Position numbers and translations under genes: made by a program
Shown: piece after piece, positions 9,065-18,963 of the stretch
Numbering within the stretch: position 1 is the stretch's first letter
Layout of the letters: each line of letters starts with the position of its first letter
Notes under the pieces: generated by a model
Told to the model about the DNA's origin: nothing
Seen by the model: only the letters and a program-made list of their open reading frames with translations
The model's database searches: none
Source of the DNA: Patescibacteria group bacterium UBA6241
GTDB taxonomy: Bacteria > Patescibacteriota > Minisyncoccia > Phycocordibacterales > Phycocordibacteraceae
NCBI GenBank assembly: GCA_002441425.1
Contig: DJWB01000001.1
Span: forward strand, 15,087 to 79,086
Direction: 5' to 3'
DNA: 64,000 nt

Positions 9065-9257
9065 GTTCAATTTTCTATTCGCACCTAAATAACATCAACT
9101 GCATCACAACCAGAGGAGAGCGAAAGCACTGCTTCTTCTACGCGACTTTGCTATTGATAGCTCTAGTTTGCAACAAGTGGTATTTTTTGTCAATACCCTT
9201 GAGAAATCTACAGAGCAACCAGTCCTGACTTCTTCATGGGTGTATCATTATCTGTAT

Positions 9258-9719
9258 ATGAAAAAGTATTTACCTACAGCCCTGCTTGTAGTATTTGGTC
9301 TCATTATTCTTGCACTTATCCCGCCACCTGAGCGCCTTACACAGCCCCCAGTAGCAATTCCAGTTGAGGGAGGAACATTCGCATACGAAGGAATCACTCC
9401 TTGTGCAGACTGTCCTGGAATTCAGACAAGACTAACGCTTACAAATTCAATAACAGGTGCATCAGGAGGTACGTACGAACTTTCTCTAACCTATCTTGAA
9501 AGAGATGTTGAGCCTTTTGTGACTCAAGGAGAATGGGATATTGAGCGCGGTTCAGCTACAGACCCTGACGCAACTGTTATTGTGCTTGATCCAAATATGC
9601 CAGAGAAGTCTCAGCGCTATTTGCGTGTAAACGACACAACTATTCGTCAGTTAGACAAAGAAGGTAACGAGATAGACACTCCGCTTCCTATGGACCTGAT
9701 GCTCATAGAGAGCAATTAG
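9258..9719 (+). CDS. NlpE N-terminal domain protein
   Basis: YEGITPCADCPGIQTRLTL; N-terminal TM. Confidence 0.85.
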   Translation: MKKYLPTALLVVFGLIILALIPPPERLTQPPVAIPVEGGTFAYEGITPCADCPGIQTRLTLTNSITGASGGTYELSLTYLERDVEPFVTQGEWDIERGSATDPDATVIVLDPNMPEKSQRYLRVNDTTIRQLDKEGNEIDTPLPMDLMLIESN

Positions 9720-9800
9720 TGTTCGTTCATGAAACCTTAATCGGGTTAATGGGATTGTAGTAGGTACGCGGCCGTGCCGCTCTAACCCTATATACAATCT

Positions 9801-10568
9801 ATGATTAAATACGGCACTTTAGCTCTCCTGTGCGCATTTGGAATTGCGCTTTCAGGAGGAGCACTTCAGGCACAGACAATTGATACTGGAACTGCTTTAG
9901 ACGTTAACGTTGGAGCCGGATCAAATGGCACTTCTGGAAATGCAGATGTGTCTGGTTCAGTGGATACGTCAACTTCAGTAGACTCTGAAGGTGAAACAAC
10001 AATGGAAGAAGATTCCACAACCACCTCTGCAGACACATCAGGCATTTTCGGATTTAGTCTCATGCGAGATTCTCTAGATGTTGATGTGAGCGGAGACGCG
10101 ATGATACAAACTGCAGCTGACGTAAGCACAAATGAAACTTTCCGCGCGTACGCAGAGAACTCTTTACAGAGCGATGCTCGCTTTGAAGGAGTAGTAGTCA
10201 ACGAGAATGGAATGGATCTTACGTATAAACGAGATGCCCGATTCCTCGCACTGGTTCCTTCAGAGATGACTGTACGAGTACACATTGATGACAGTGGCTC
10301 AGTTGAAGTTAAGTACCCTTGGTATGCATTTCTTATGACCTCAGGGGAGAGTCGTGCAGATCTAGAAGCGAGAATCGCTGACGAGATCGCATCAGTTACG
10401 AGCTCCTTGCAGGCTAATGCCTCTGGAGACGCAGCAGCAGGTACTGAGGGTGCCTCAGCATCTGGTTCAGCATCAGCAACTGCTTCTGCTGATATAGAAC
10501 GATGGGCGCTTATCCTTGAACGTGTTCAGGCAGCACTCGCAGCTGATGCTTCAGTAGAAGCTTCCTAA
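9801..10568 (+). CDS. Secreted acidic Ser/Ala-rich hypothetical protein
   Basis: Signal peptide; RFLALVP..VEVKYPWY. Confidence 0.7.
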   Translation: MIKYGTLALLCAFGIALSGGALQAQTIDTGTALDVNVGAGSNGTSGNADVSGSVDTSTSVDSEGETTMEEDSTTTSADTSGIFGFSLMRDSLDVDVSGDAMIQTAADVSTNETFRAYAENSLQSDARFEGVVVNENGMDLTYKRDARFLALVPSEMTVRVHIDDSGSVEVKYPWYAFLMTSGESRADLEARIADEIASVTSSLQANASGDAAAGTEGASASGSASATASADIERWALILERVQAALAADASVEAS

Positions 10569-10582
10569 AGAAAACTAGTTCT

Positions 10583-10629
10583 CCATAACAAAAGACCCGG
10601 GACATGCCGTCTCGGGTCTTTTGTTATGG
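10583..10629. terminator. Bidirectional terminator
   Basis: CCATAACAAAAGACCCGGGAC / GTCTCGGGTCTTTTGTTATGG. Confidence 0.9.
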
Positions 10630-13600
10630 CTAGTCTTTGAACTGCTCGCGGATTTCTTTTCCAGGCCAGCGATGATACAGGACAGGAATAAGGATAAGCG
10701 TTAGCACCATTGAGAAGGCAAGCCCGAACATAATTGAGAAGGCGAGTGGTCCCCAAAGCGCAGAAGCAAATGAGAGCGGAATCATACCCACTACAGTTGT
10801 TATCGTGGTGAGGAGGATAGGACGGAAGCGGGACGCAGATGCCTCAACAACTACATCAGTAAGGGAGCGGCCTGCTGAAGATTTACCAATGCGTGCCATA
10901 GAATCCATGAGAATAATTCCATGGTTAATAATCACGCCGGCAAGCGCAATAACTCCAAGCATAGAAGGGAACGAGAGTGGTGACCCTGTAATCATGAGGC
11001 CCGCAAAAACTCCAATAAGTGAGAGCGGAATAATCGCAAGGAGATAGAGAGAGTGTCTGAACGAGTTGAACTCAAGAACTAAGATAGCGAGCATGAGTGC
11101 AGCTCCTGCAAGTAGAGCGAGTCCCATCTCAGCAAAAGATTGATTAACATCTTCGCTCTCTCCACCAATCTTCATGGTTACTCCTTCTGGAAGCTCCACA
11201 TCCTTTATCTGCTTCTGGAACTCACTCACTGCGGCAAGCGCATTTCCGCCCTTGGTTACATCGCTCGTGAGAGTTCCGGTGCGATATCCGTCTTCGTGCC
11301 TAATAACAGCATTTGCTGGTTCGTAGGTAATGGTTGCAATAGTTGCGAGAGGTACAGGACCCTGTGCGCCAGGAATTGAGAGTGCTTGTACAGATTCAAT
11401 AGTGGTATGTGTAGTCTCTGAAGGATCTCTGTATCCTTGATTAAGATCTAGTTTCATACGCACCTCAATATCGTCAGTACCGGTGCGAATGTCTGTAGCT
11501 TTTGCTCCATAAAGTGCAGTGCGCAGGGTGTCTGCAACAGTAAGCGGAGACACGCCGAGCTGCACAGCTTTTGCAGTATCAAGGCGCACTACGAACTCAG
11601 CGCCATCATCCTTCATTGAAGAAGAGATGTTTGTAGTATTCGGTACTTCAGAAAGCACACGCTCACCGATACGAAGTGCCTCTTCAATCTTCGCAAGATC
11701 ATCTCCAACAAATGTTACCTGCACGGGAGCGCTCGTAGGAGGACCTCCTGCTGGTTCTGAGACGGTAACTTTTGCTGAGGTAACAACCTCCAAATCCTTG
11801 CGCAGGTCTTCTACGATTTCTGAACTCGTCTGTTTGTTATTCTCTTTGAAGTTAACCGTTATGTTTGCTGCCTTGCTTCCTGAAATTCCGCTTCCTCCAA
11901 ACGCACTTCCTGCACCCACTTCAGACACGAATGATTCAATGCGGGTATCGGCATACAAGATCTCTTCTACTTCACGCACTGAAAGATCAGTATCAGACAA
12001 ATCAGTTCCCTGAGGCTTTTCAACTTCTACGTATACAAACTCTGAGTCCTCGCCAGGGAAGAATGCAACTTTAACTGCTCCAACCATAGGAAGCGCAAGT
12101 GCAAGCACAAAGAGACCAATCATGAGCCAGATAAACTGGTTCTCCTTTTTGCGGTCTCCGAGAATTCCTCGTAGGAATCGCTCATACCACGCCTGTGCAG
12201 CTTCGTTGTACTTCTCCTGACGCTCAGCAAGCTTTGAGGTTGAGGGACGTAGTCCGTATATAGCAAGAAGGGGAACCAATCCAAGCGCTACAAAGATTGA
12301 TGCAATAAGTACAAAGATAACCGTGAACGGAATTGAGGCGATGAACTTCCCAACAATACCTGAGAGGAAGAAGAGGGGAACAAACACCGCAACTGTAGTA
12401 AACGTTCCCGCAACAAGTGGCCACGCGTACTCTTTAATAGCAGCTATAGCAGCAGCTTTCTTGTCACCTGTCTTTGCAAGACGTGTATGAATTGCTTCAA
12501 CCACAACGATTCCAGAATCAACGAGAATACCAATCGCAAGAATCAGTGAGAACAGCGATATGAAGTTAATGGTGTTTCCGCTCGCTGCAAGACCAATGAA
12601 CGCAATAAGGAATGAAAGGGGAATTGAAGCAGCAGCAACTAAAGACTCACGCCATCCAATAGTAAGGAAGAGCATGATCATAACGAGCACTACAGTTTCA
12701 ATACCTACACGGGTGAGCTCAGTTAGGTCGTGTGCAATATCATCCGCAGCATCATAGGAGATAACTGTCTCAGTTCCAGAGAGCGGACCTTCTGATAGCT
12801 TTTCAAGTGTCTCTCTTACATCTTTGCCTGTCGCAAGGATATTTCCTCCGCGACTTTTAAATACTGAAAGGGTGAGCGCAGGGGCAGAAGGGTTTCCTTC
12901 AACAGACACGCGAGAAAAGGTCGTTGCATCTGAGAGTCCATCAACTACTTGCGCTACATCACGAACACGAAGGACTGCGCCGCCAGGTCCTTGTAGAGAA
13001 ATATTTCCAACTTCCTCAGTTTCGGTGAGGCCTGCCTCAAGGCGAATGGCGTACTGAATATCGTTAATCGTGATACTTCCTGCAGGGGAAGCAACGCCTG
13101 AGGCACGAATTGCATTTGTTACATCAGATACTGAAATGCCGTACTGACGAAGTTTTGTTTGTTCAACAATAACCTGCACTTCTCGCTCGCGTACTCCAGA
13201 AAGTGCAACAGAAGAAACTCCAGGGACTCGCTCAACTTCCTCCTGTACTGTTTTGCCAAGCTCAGTAAGTTCTGCAGGCGCAAGATCTCCCGCAATAGAG
13301 ATGATGAGAATTGGTTGGTCTGCAAAGTTAACGTCTGTAACGCGCGGATCCTCAGCCTCAGCGGGAAGCTCTATCTTTGCTTTATCAACCTCATCTTTAA
13401 GAAGCTGAATAGACTTATCAATGTCTGCACTCGCCTCAAACTCAACAGTAATAGAAGAGGCTCCTGAGCCTGATGTTGAAGTAACCTTAGACACGCGTTC
13501 AACTCCAAGCACCTTGTCCTCAAGCTTGTCAGTAATAAGGCGCTCCACGTCTTCAGCGGACGCACCAGGAAGCACAGTCGTGATAATTCCAACTGGAATC

Positions 13601-13725
13601 TGCACCTCAGGAGATGACTCCTTAGGAATACTTATTGCAGCAACAATACCTGCAAGAATAAGCACTGCAGCAAGCAGGGCAGTGAAATGGTTCTTCTTAA
13701 TGAAGAATGTCCAGAAGGAAGTCAT
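10630..13725 (-). CDS. RND efflux permease (AcrB/AcrD/AcrF family)
   Basis: 1031 aa; GILVDSGIVVVE, SRFRPILLT. Confidence 0.95.
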   Translation of the reverse strand: MTSFWTFFIKKNHFTALLAAVLILAGIVAAISIPKESSPEVQIPVGIITTVLPGASAEDVERLITDKLEDKVLGVERVSKVTSTSGSGASSITVEFEASADIDKSIQLLKDEVDKAKIELPAEAEDPRVTDVNFADQPILIISIAGDLAPAELTELGKTVQEEVERVPGVSSVALSGVREREVQVIVEQTKLRQYGISVSDVTNAIRASGVASPAGSITINDIQYAIRLEAGLTETEEVGNISLQGPGGAVLRVRDVAQVVDGLSDATTFSRVSVEGNPSAPALTLSVFKSRGGNILATGKDVRETLEKLSEGPLSGTETVISYDAADDIAHDLTELTRVGIETVVLVMIMLFLTIGWRESLVAAASIPLSFLIAFIGLAASGNTINFISLFSLILAIGILVDSGIVVVEAIHTRLAKTGDKKAAAIAAIKEYAWPLVAGTFTTVAVFVPLFFLSGIVGKFIASIPFTVIFVLIASIFVALGLVPLLAIYGLRPSTSKLAERQEKYNEAAQAWYERFLRGILGDRKKENQFIWLMIGLFVLALALPMVGAVKVAFFPGEDSEFVYVEVEKPQGTDLSDTDLSVREVEEILYADTRIESFVSEVGAGSAFGGSGISGSKAANITVNFKENNKQTSSEIVEDLRKDLEVVTSAKVTVSEPAGGPPTSAPVQVTFVGDDLAKIEEALRIGERVLSEVPNTTNISSSMKDDGAEFVVRLDTAKAVQLGVSPLTVADTLRTALYGAKATDIRTGTDDIEVRMKLDLNQGYRDPSETTHTTIESVQALSIPGAQGPVPLATIATITYEPANAVIRHEDGYRTGTLTSDVTKGGNALAAVSEFQKQIKDVELPEGVTMKIGGESEDVNQSFAEMGLALLAGAALMLAILVLEFNSFRHSLYLLAIIPLSLIGVFAGLMITGSPLSFPSMLGVIALAGVIINHGIILMDSMARIGKSSAGRSLTDVVVEASASRFRPILLTTITTVVGMIPLSFASALWGPLAFSIMFGLAFSMVLTLILIPVLYHRWPGKEIREQFKD

Positions 13726-13730
13726 AGGTA

Positions 13731-15272
13731 TTAGTTAGCTGCACTCGCCACCTCTACACTCTGTCCCTCAGAAAGTCCTCTCGCATCGCGTACGATACGA
13801 AGCTCGGGGGAAAGCTCGCTAAGAATCTCAATATGATCTCCGCGCACTTCTCCTACGGTAACTGAAACTGCTACAAGACGACTCTCTTCGTCAACGGTGT
13901 ATACGATGCGATCTCCCGCACGAAGCTTAACTGCTGAGAGAGGGAGGAGAATAGGCCCTTCGGTCTCAGGAAGCTCATTAGTCTCTGCAGCAAGATCTGG
14001 GAATGAAACATGAACAGACTGTCCGTTTACGAGCTCGCTTGCTCCTGTAACTGCAACATGAACTTCAATCTGCTTGGTAACAGGATCAAGAGCAGGAGAG
14101 ACAGAAGTGATAACTCCCTCGTATGTGTCTTCAACAAGTACTGCGCTGCCCGCGGCAAGGAGGTCGCGATCATTCTCAGATACGTACACTACAATTTCCA
14201 ATGCGCCGTTCTGCGCAACAGTAGCTACGTGTGTAAATGCTGTTACATAATCTCCAACACGGATAGGAAGGAAGTTAACTTGTCCGCCAATAGGAGCGCG
14301 TACTACCGTACGCTCAAGGTTTGCTTGTGCGGCACGTAAGCTTCCGAGTGCCTGCTTAACTGAAGCATCTGCGCTTGCAGTAGCGCCGGTACTTCCACTG
14401 CGGTAACTACTCTTTGCAGTAGTAATGCTAGAAAGCACGCCCGCAACATTAGCGCGTGCAGTTGCGAGTGCTGAGAGCTGTGCACTTGTAGCGCGTGAGT
14501 TGTTTTGATTTGCCGCTGCAGCAAGCTCGTTCAAGAAAGTCTCAATAGTACGAGTGTATGTCTCTGCTTCTGAAAGAAGAGTCTGTGGGTCACGACTGTC
14601 TACAGAACCCAAAGAGGATTCCCATTGGCCCATAAGAGTCTGAATGCGTGCGCGCTCTCTGGAAAGATGCACTGCAGTGTCATGATCTGGATACAAAAGA
14701 AGATCCGGACCAACAGCTGTTGGGTTTCCATAGAACGTATCAACGTATAGCTCAAGAGAGGTGTCTACAGTTGTGTATGCACTGCGGTATGCATTTCGTG
14801 CAGTTATCTGAGTATCAGGAAGAGATTGTGCACTGCGAGCTGCAACAGCTGCTTCATATGCTCCTTCAGCCTGCAATACACTTGCGCGCTCTGCAGCATT
14901 CTCAAGTTCGGCAATAACAAATCCTGCAGGAACACTCTTTCCAAGAGCAGTACGTACGGCACGTACGGTTCCTCCGGTCTGTGCGAGGATGTTTGCCTCA
15001 GTTACGGAACGAACAGTCCCGATAAGGTTAACGGAACTACCGCCACCAGAAAGCTCGCGTACAGTCTGAAGTGTAACGGTGCGCCCCTTTGCAGAAGGTG
15101 CATCAGTTGCGCCTGAGCGCGCGAAGGCAACACCCCCAATAAGAAGTATGAGAAGTAAGGCAGCAATAGCTACCTGCTGCCAAAGACGAAGTGAGCGATA
15201 GCGCTTCCAGAGCGCCTTACTTCGTGTGGGAATGCTAGTAACAAAAGGCCGTATACGCGATAAGATAGACAT
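13731..15272 (-). CDS. RND periplasmic adaptor (membrane fusion protein)
   Basis: Lipoyl halves flanking a long helical hairpin, VRAPIGGQV; directly upstream of the permease. Confidence 0.88.
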   Translation of the reverse strand: MSILSRIRPFVTSIPTRSKALWKRYRSLRLWQQVAIAALLLILLIGGVAFARSGATDAPSAKGRTVTLQTVRELSGGGSSVNLIGTVRSVTEANILAQTGGTVRAVRTALGKSVPAGFVIAELENAAERASVLQAEGAYEAAVAARSAQSLPDTQITARNAYRSAYTTVDTSLELYVDTFYGNPTAVGPDLLLYPDHDTAVHLSRERARIQTLMGQWESSLGSVDSRDPQTLLSEAETYTRTIETFLNELAAAANQNNSRATSAQLSALATARANVAGVLSSITTAKSSYRSGSTGATASADASVKQALGSLRAAQANLERTVVRAPIGGQVNFLPIRVGDYVTAFTHVATVAQNGALEIVVYVSENDRDLLAAGSAVLVEDTYEGVITSVSPALDPVTKQIEVHVAVTGASELVNGQSVHVSFPDLAAETNELPETEGPILLPLSAVKLRAGDRIVYTVDEESRLVAVSVTVGEVRGDHIEILSELSPELRIVRDARGLSEGQSVEVASAAN

Positions 15273-15352
15273 AGCTATAAATTATAGCATATATGGGTGT
15301 GTGTCAATCAACACCCCTTTTCTTCAGGGTTAAAGTGGTATTCTAGAAGCAT

Positions 15353-16171
15353 ATGCAGATTCACAAACACGCCACACAGCACCATGCTTTTATGTATCTG
15401 TGGATTTTGGGTGCAGTCGTAGTGCTTGGAGCACTCATATACTCCTATATAGGTACGCACCCTCAGGGAGTGCTTGATGGAGAGCACGAAGGAGATGTGC
15501 GTGCGTTGGTGCAGTCTTTCAGCAATCAGCAGGATAACGTATCCCTTCTTGCACCAGATGCAGCAGAGACTATCAGAGAGGTGTACACACCTTATGTAGC
15601 ATCTGCACTTATTGATGCGTGGGCAGCTGATCCACTCAATGCGCCAGGACGTCTTACTTCAAGTCCTTCACCTGACTATATTGATATTCAGTCTGTGACA
15701 AAGTTAGATACAGGAATTTATGAAGTAACTGGAGAAGTTGTACTTGTAACCAATATAGGAGAGGCAGGAAGAATTCCTGTGTCTATTACGGTTGAAACTA
15801 TTGAGGGAAGACTCCTTATAACGCGCTATGTGGAAAGCGAGACCGGAGAGGTTGTTGAGCTTGAAGGAGTATCTGTCATAGCACAGCTGAATGAACGTGT
15901 TGAAGCGTGGAGTGTGTCTGTACAGCCCACAGAGATTCTTGAAGACAGTAGGTGTCCAACAGATGTGCAGTGCATTCAAGCCGGAACTGTACGTGTACAG
16001 ACAACCATTACTGATGGACTTGGAACAAGTACGAATGAGTTCACTCTTGGAACGACCATAACGACTGAAGCATTCAGTGTGACCCTCACTGACGTAGCTC
16101 CTACAAAGGTATCAACCACACCAATTGCTGATGCTGACTATCGGTTTACATTTCGTATTGAGCATCGGTAG
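15353..16171 (+). CDS. Membrane-anchored hypothetical protein
   Basis: TM; APGRLTSSP and EDSRCPTDVQCIQAG modules. Confidence 0.75.
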   Translation: MQIHKHATQHHAFMYLWILGAVVVLGALIYSYIGTHPQGVLDGEHEGDVRALVQSFSNQQDNVSLLAPDAAETIREVYTPYVASALIDAWAADPLNAPGRLTSSPSPDYIDIQSVTKLDTGIYEVTGEVVLVTNIGEAGRIPVSITVETIEGRLLITRYVESETGEVVELEGVSVIAQLNERVEAWSVSVQPTEILEDSRCPTDVQCIQAGTVRVQTTITDGLGTSTNEFTLGTTITTEAFSVTLTDVAPTKVSTTPIADADYRFTFRIEHR

Positions 16172-16174
16172 GGC

Positions 16175-17848
16175 ATGACACAACAGGACGCACTCTCCAT
16201 ACTTAAGACTGGCGCAAATGTATTCCTTACCGGAAGTCCGGGAAGCGGAAAAACACATACCGTTAACGAATATGTTTCCTGGCTACGGTCTCATTCCATT
16301 GAGCCCTCTATAACTGCATCAACAGGAATTGCAGCAACGCATGTGGGCGGAATGACGCTTCATGCGTGGAGTGGTATTGGCATTAATGATCACCTAACTC
16401 CACAGTTGCTGGATGCTATTGCTCACAAAGAACATGTGGCAAAGCGCATTCAAAAAACAAAGGTCCTTATTATTGACGAGGTATCAATGCTTTCAGGGAA
16501 TGTGCTTTCAATGGTTGATGAAGTTGCAAGAACAGTACGCCATGAGCCAGACCGCGCGTTCGGGGGACTACAGGTAGTACTCGTAGGAGACTTTTTCCAG
16601 CTCCCACCAATTTCACGGGGAGAAACAGAATTTGCGTTTGAATCTCCCGCATGGAGATCGTTGAATCCGTTGATTTGTTATTTAACAGAACAACATCGCC
16701 AAGACGATCCTGGATTTCTTGAGATACTGAGCGCTATACGTGAGGGCGAGTGGGACCACACACATGTGTCTCGCATTATGGCGAGAGAGTCTGACTACGA
16801 TAGTTATGGCGAGGATACGCCGCAGCTATTCACACATAATGCTGACGTAGACCGAATAAATCGGGAACGGCTGGATGCGCTTCCCGGGAAGGCCCATCAA
16901 TTCGCTATGGAAACGTCTGGGTCTCAGACACTCGCGCAGGCGCTTATACGTGGATGTCTGTCTCCAGAGCAGCTTGTTCTTAAAGAGGGAGCCATTGTTA
17001 TGGCAACGAAGAACAACCCTGCAGCAGGATATTCAAATGGAACACTCGGAGTTGTTATTGGCTTTGAAGTAGGAACTGGATACCCGATTGTTGAGACGAG
17101 AGACGAGCGAGAGATAACCATTGCTCCTGCGGACTGGGCAGTTGAAGAGAACGGCAAAGTTCGCGCAAAGATCTCTCAGATTCCGCTTCGTCTTGCGTGG
17201 GCCATAACCGTACACAAATCCCAAGGCATGAGCATGGATGCAGCTGCCATTGACCTCTCGCGTGCGTTTGAGCACGGACAAGGATATGTTGCGCTCTCCC
17301 GTGTGCGGAGGCTTGATGGAGTGTACTTGCTCGGGTGGAGCGAGAACGCACTTTCAGTACATCCGCGTGTAGCAGAGCGTGACAGAAGTTTTCAAGAAGC
17401 CTCTGAAGCAGCTGCATTAACATTTGCAGCGCTTGATGCTGCGGGAGACCGCGAACTTATGGAGCAGAACTTTATTAAAGCGTCCGGAGGATCTCTAAAG
17501 GCTGTAGCGGTTACAGAAAAGAAAAAAGCACCAAAGAAGAGCACGCATGATGAGACGCTTGCACTTCTTATAGATGGAATGCCACTCACAGAGATTGCTC
17601 TGGAGCGCTCACTTACGCTTGGAACCATTTGCGATCATGCAGCAAAGCTTCTTGAGGCAAATCGTATAACTGAGGACACGCTTCTGGAGCTTATTCCAGA
17701 ACGACTTCAGGATGCACTCCCAAAGATTTATGAAGCCTTCTCAAAGAAGGGCTCTGACAAACTTGCTCCTGTAAGAACATTTTTGAAGAATAAGTTTTCG
17801 TACGACGATCTTACGCTTGCACGTGCGCTATACCACAAGCAAGCGTAA
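16175..17848 (+). CDS. Pif1-family SF1B helicase with C-terminal HTH
   Basis: GSPGSGKT, IIDEVSM, GDFFQLPP, AWAITVHKSQG, YVALSR. Confidence 0.9.
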   Translation: MTQQDALSILKTGANVFLTGSPGSGKTHTVNEYVSWLRSHSIEPSITASTGIAATHVGGMTLHAWSGIGINDHLTPQLLDAIAHKEHVAKRIQKTKVLIIDEVSMLSGNVLSMVDEVARTVRHEPDRAFGGLQVVLVGDFFQLPPISRGETEFAFESPAWRSLNPLICYLTEQHRQDDPGFLEILSAIREGEWDHTHVSRIMARESDYDSYGEDTPQLFTHNADVDRINRERLDALPGKAHQFAMETSGSQTLAQALIRGCLSPEQLVLKEGAIVMATKNNPAAGYSNGTLGVVIGFEVGTGYPIVETRDEREITIAPADWAVEENGKVRAKISQIPLRLAWAITVHKSQGMSMDAAAIDLSRAFEHGQGYVALSRVRRLDGVYLLGWSENALSVHPRVAERDRSFQEASEAAALTFAALDAAGDRELMEQNFIKASGGSLKAVAVTEKKKAPKKSTHDETLALLIDGMPLTEIALERSLTLGTICDHAAKLLEANRITEDTLLELIPERLQDALPKIYEAFSKKGSDKLAPVRTFLKNKFSYDDLTLARALYHKQA

Positions 17849-17872
17849 CCGAGTACGGTACAATACCTATCC

Positions 17873-18886
17873 ATGCACGCTCCGTTCCTTGAAACAGTTC
17901 GCAGACACCGTCCTTCGCGAAAACTAACCCTATATATAGGAATAGGAGCTATTGTTTTCTTGTTTGCGTTCTTCTTGGTATACGCCAGATACTTTGGTCC
18001 AGTTGATCGTTCGGCTCCAATGAAGGAGTTAATTGTTATGCCTGACGAGACGTTTGAAGAAATCGCGAGCGATCTTAAAACTGAAGGATACATTCGCAGC
18101 ATAACTGCATTTCGCATTGCGTATGCGCGCACAGGGAACCTGAAAGGCATTGCAGAGGGAGGATATCGCATTAGTCCAAGCATGGATGCGTGGACAATTG
18201 CAGAAGCACTTACCGAGCCCCCATACCTTGCCTGGATTACATTTCCGCCCGGCTGGCGCAAAGAACAAATTGCAGACCTTCTCGCAAAGAAACTTCGGTG
18301 GACTGACGAGCAGAAGGCAAATTGGATCGCTGTAGATACTGCTCCTTCACTCGCACAGATTGAGGGTGTGTATTACGGAGACACGTATCTCATTCCTTCA
18401 GACCAGGCACCCGCGCAAGTTGCTGCACGCTTACGAGGACGCTTTGAAGAAGTCTTTGCAAAGTACGCACCTCAAGCAGCAGAGAAGAATGTTTCGTGGA
18501 CCGAGGTACTTATTATGGCGTCCCTAATTGAGCGAGAGGCGGCAAAGGACGACAAACGTTTAGTCTCCGGAATTCTATGGAACCGTATTAATGACGGTAT
18601 GCGCCTTCAAGTTGATGCGTCGCTGCAGTACATTCGTGGAGAAGAGGGGAACTGGTGGCCAGTGCCAACTCCTGAAGATAAGAAGCTGGAATCTCCATTC
18701 AATACCTATAAGTATGCGGGACTCCCTCCACATCCAATAGCAAACCCCTCTTTAGAGTCTATTGAAGCTGCACTTAATCCGCAGAAGACTAGTTGTATCT
18801 ATTATCTGCATGATAGTGATGGGGAAATACACTGCTCGGCCACCTACGCAGGACACCTTTCAAACGTACAAAGACATCTAAAATAG
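17873..18886 (+). CDS. mltG: Endolytic transglycosylase MltG
   Basis: ASLIEREA, MRLQVDA, SPFNTYKYAGLPPHPIANP. Confidence 0.92.
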   Translation: MHAPFLETVRRHRPSRKLTLYIGIGAIVFLFAFFLVYARYFGPVDRSAPMKELIVMPDETFEEIASDLKTEGYIRSITAFRIAYARTGNLKGIAEGGYRISPSMDAWTIAEALTEPPYLAWITFPPGWRKEQIADLLAKKLRWTDEQKANWIAVDTAPSLAQIEGVYYGDTYLIPSDQAPAQVAARLRGRFEEVFAKYAPQAAEKNVSWTEVLIMASLIEREAAKDDKRLVSGILWNRINDGMRLQVDASLQYIRGEEGNWWPVPTPEDKKLESPFNTYKYAGLPPHPIANPSLESIEAALNPQKTSCIYYLHDSDGEIHCSATYAGHLSNVQRHLK

Positions 18887-18963
18887 TACGCCGCTGATTG
18901 ACGGTATACCTATATATACGGTACGGTGTAGAGAACAGCCCTCGGGGCATTTATTTTTACCTT

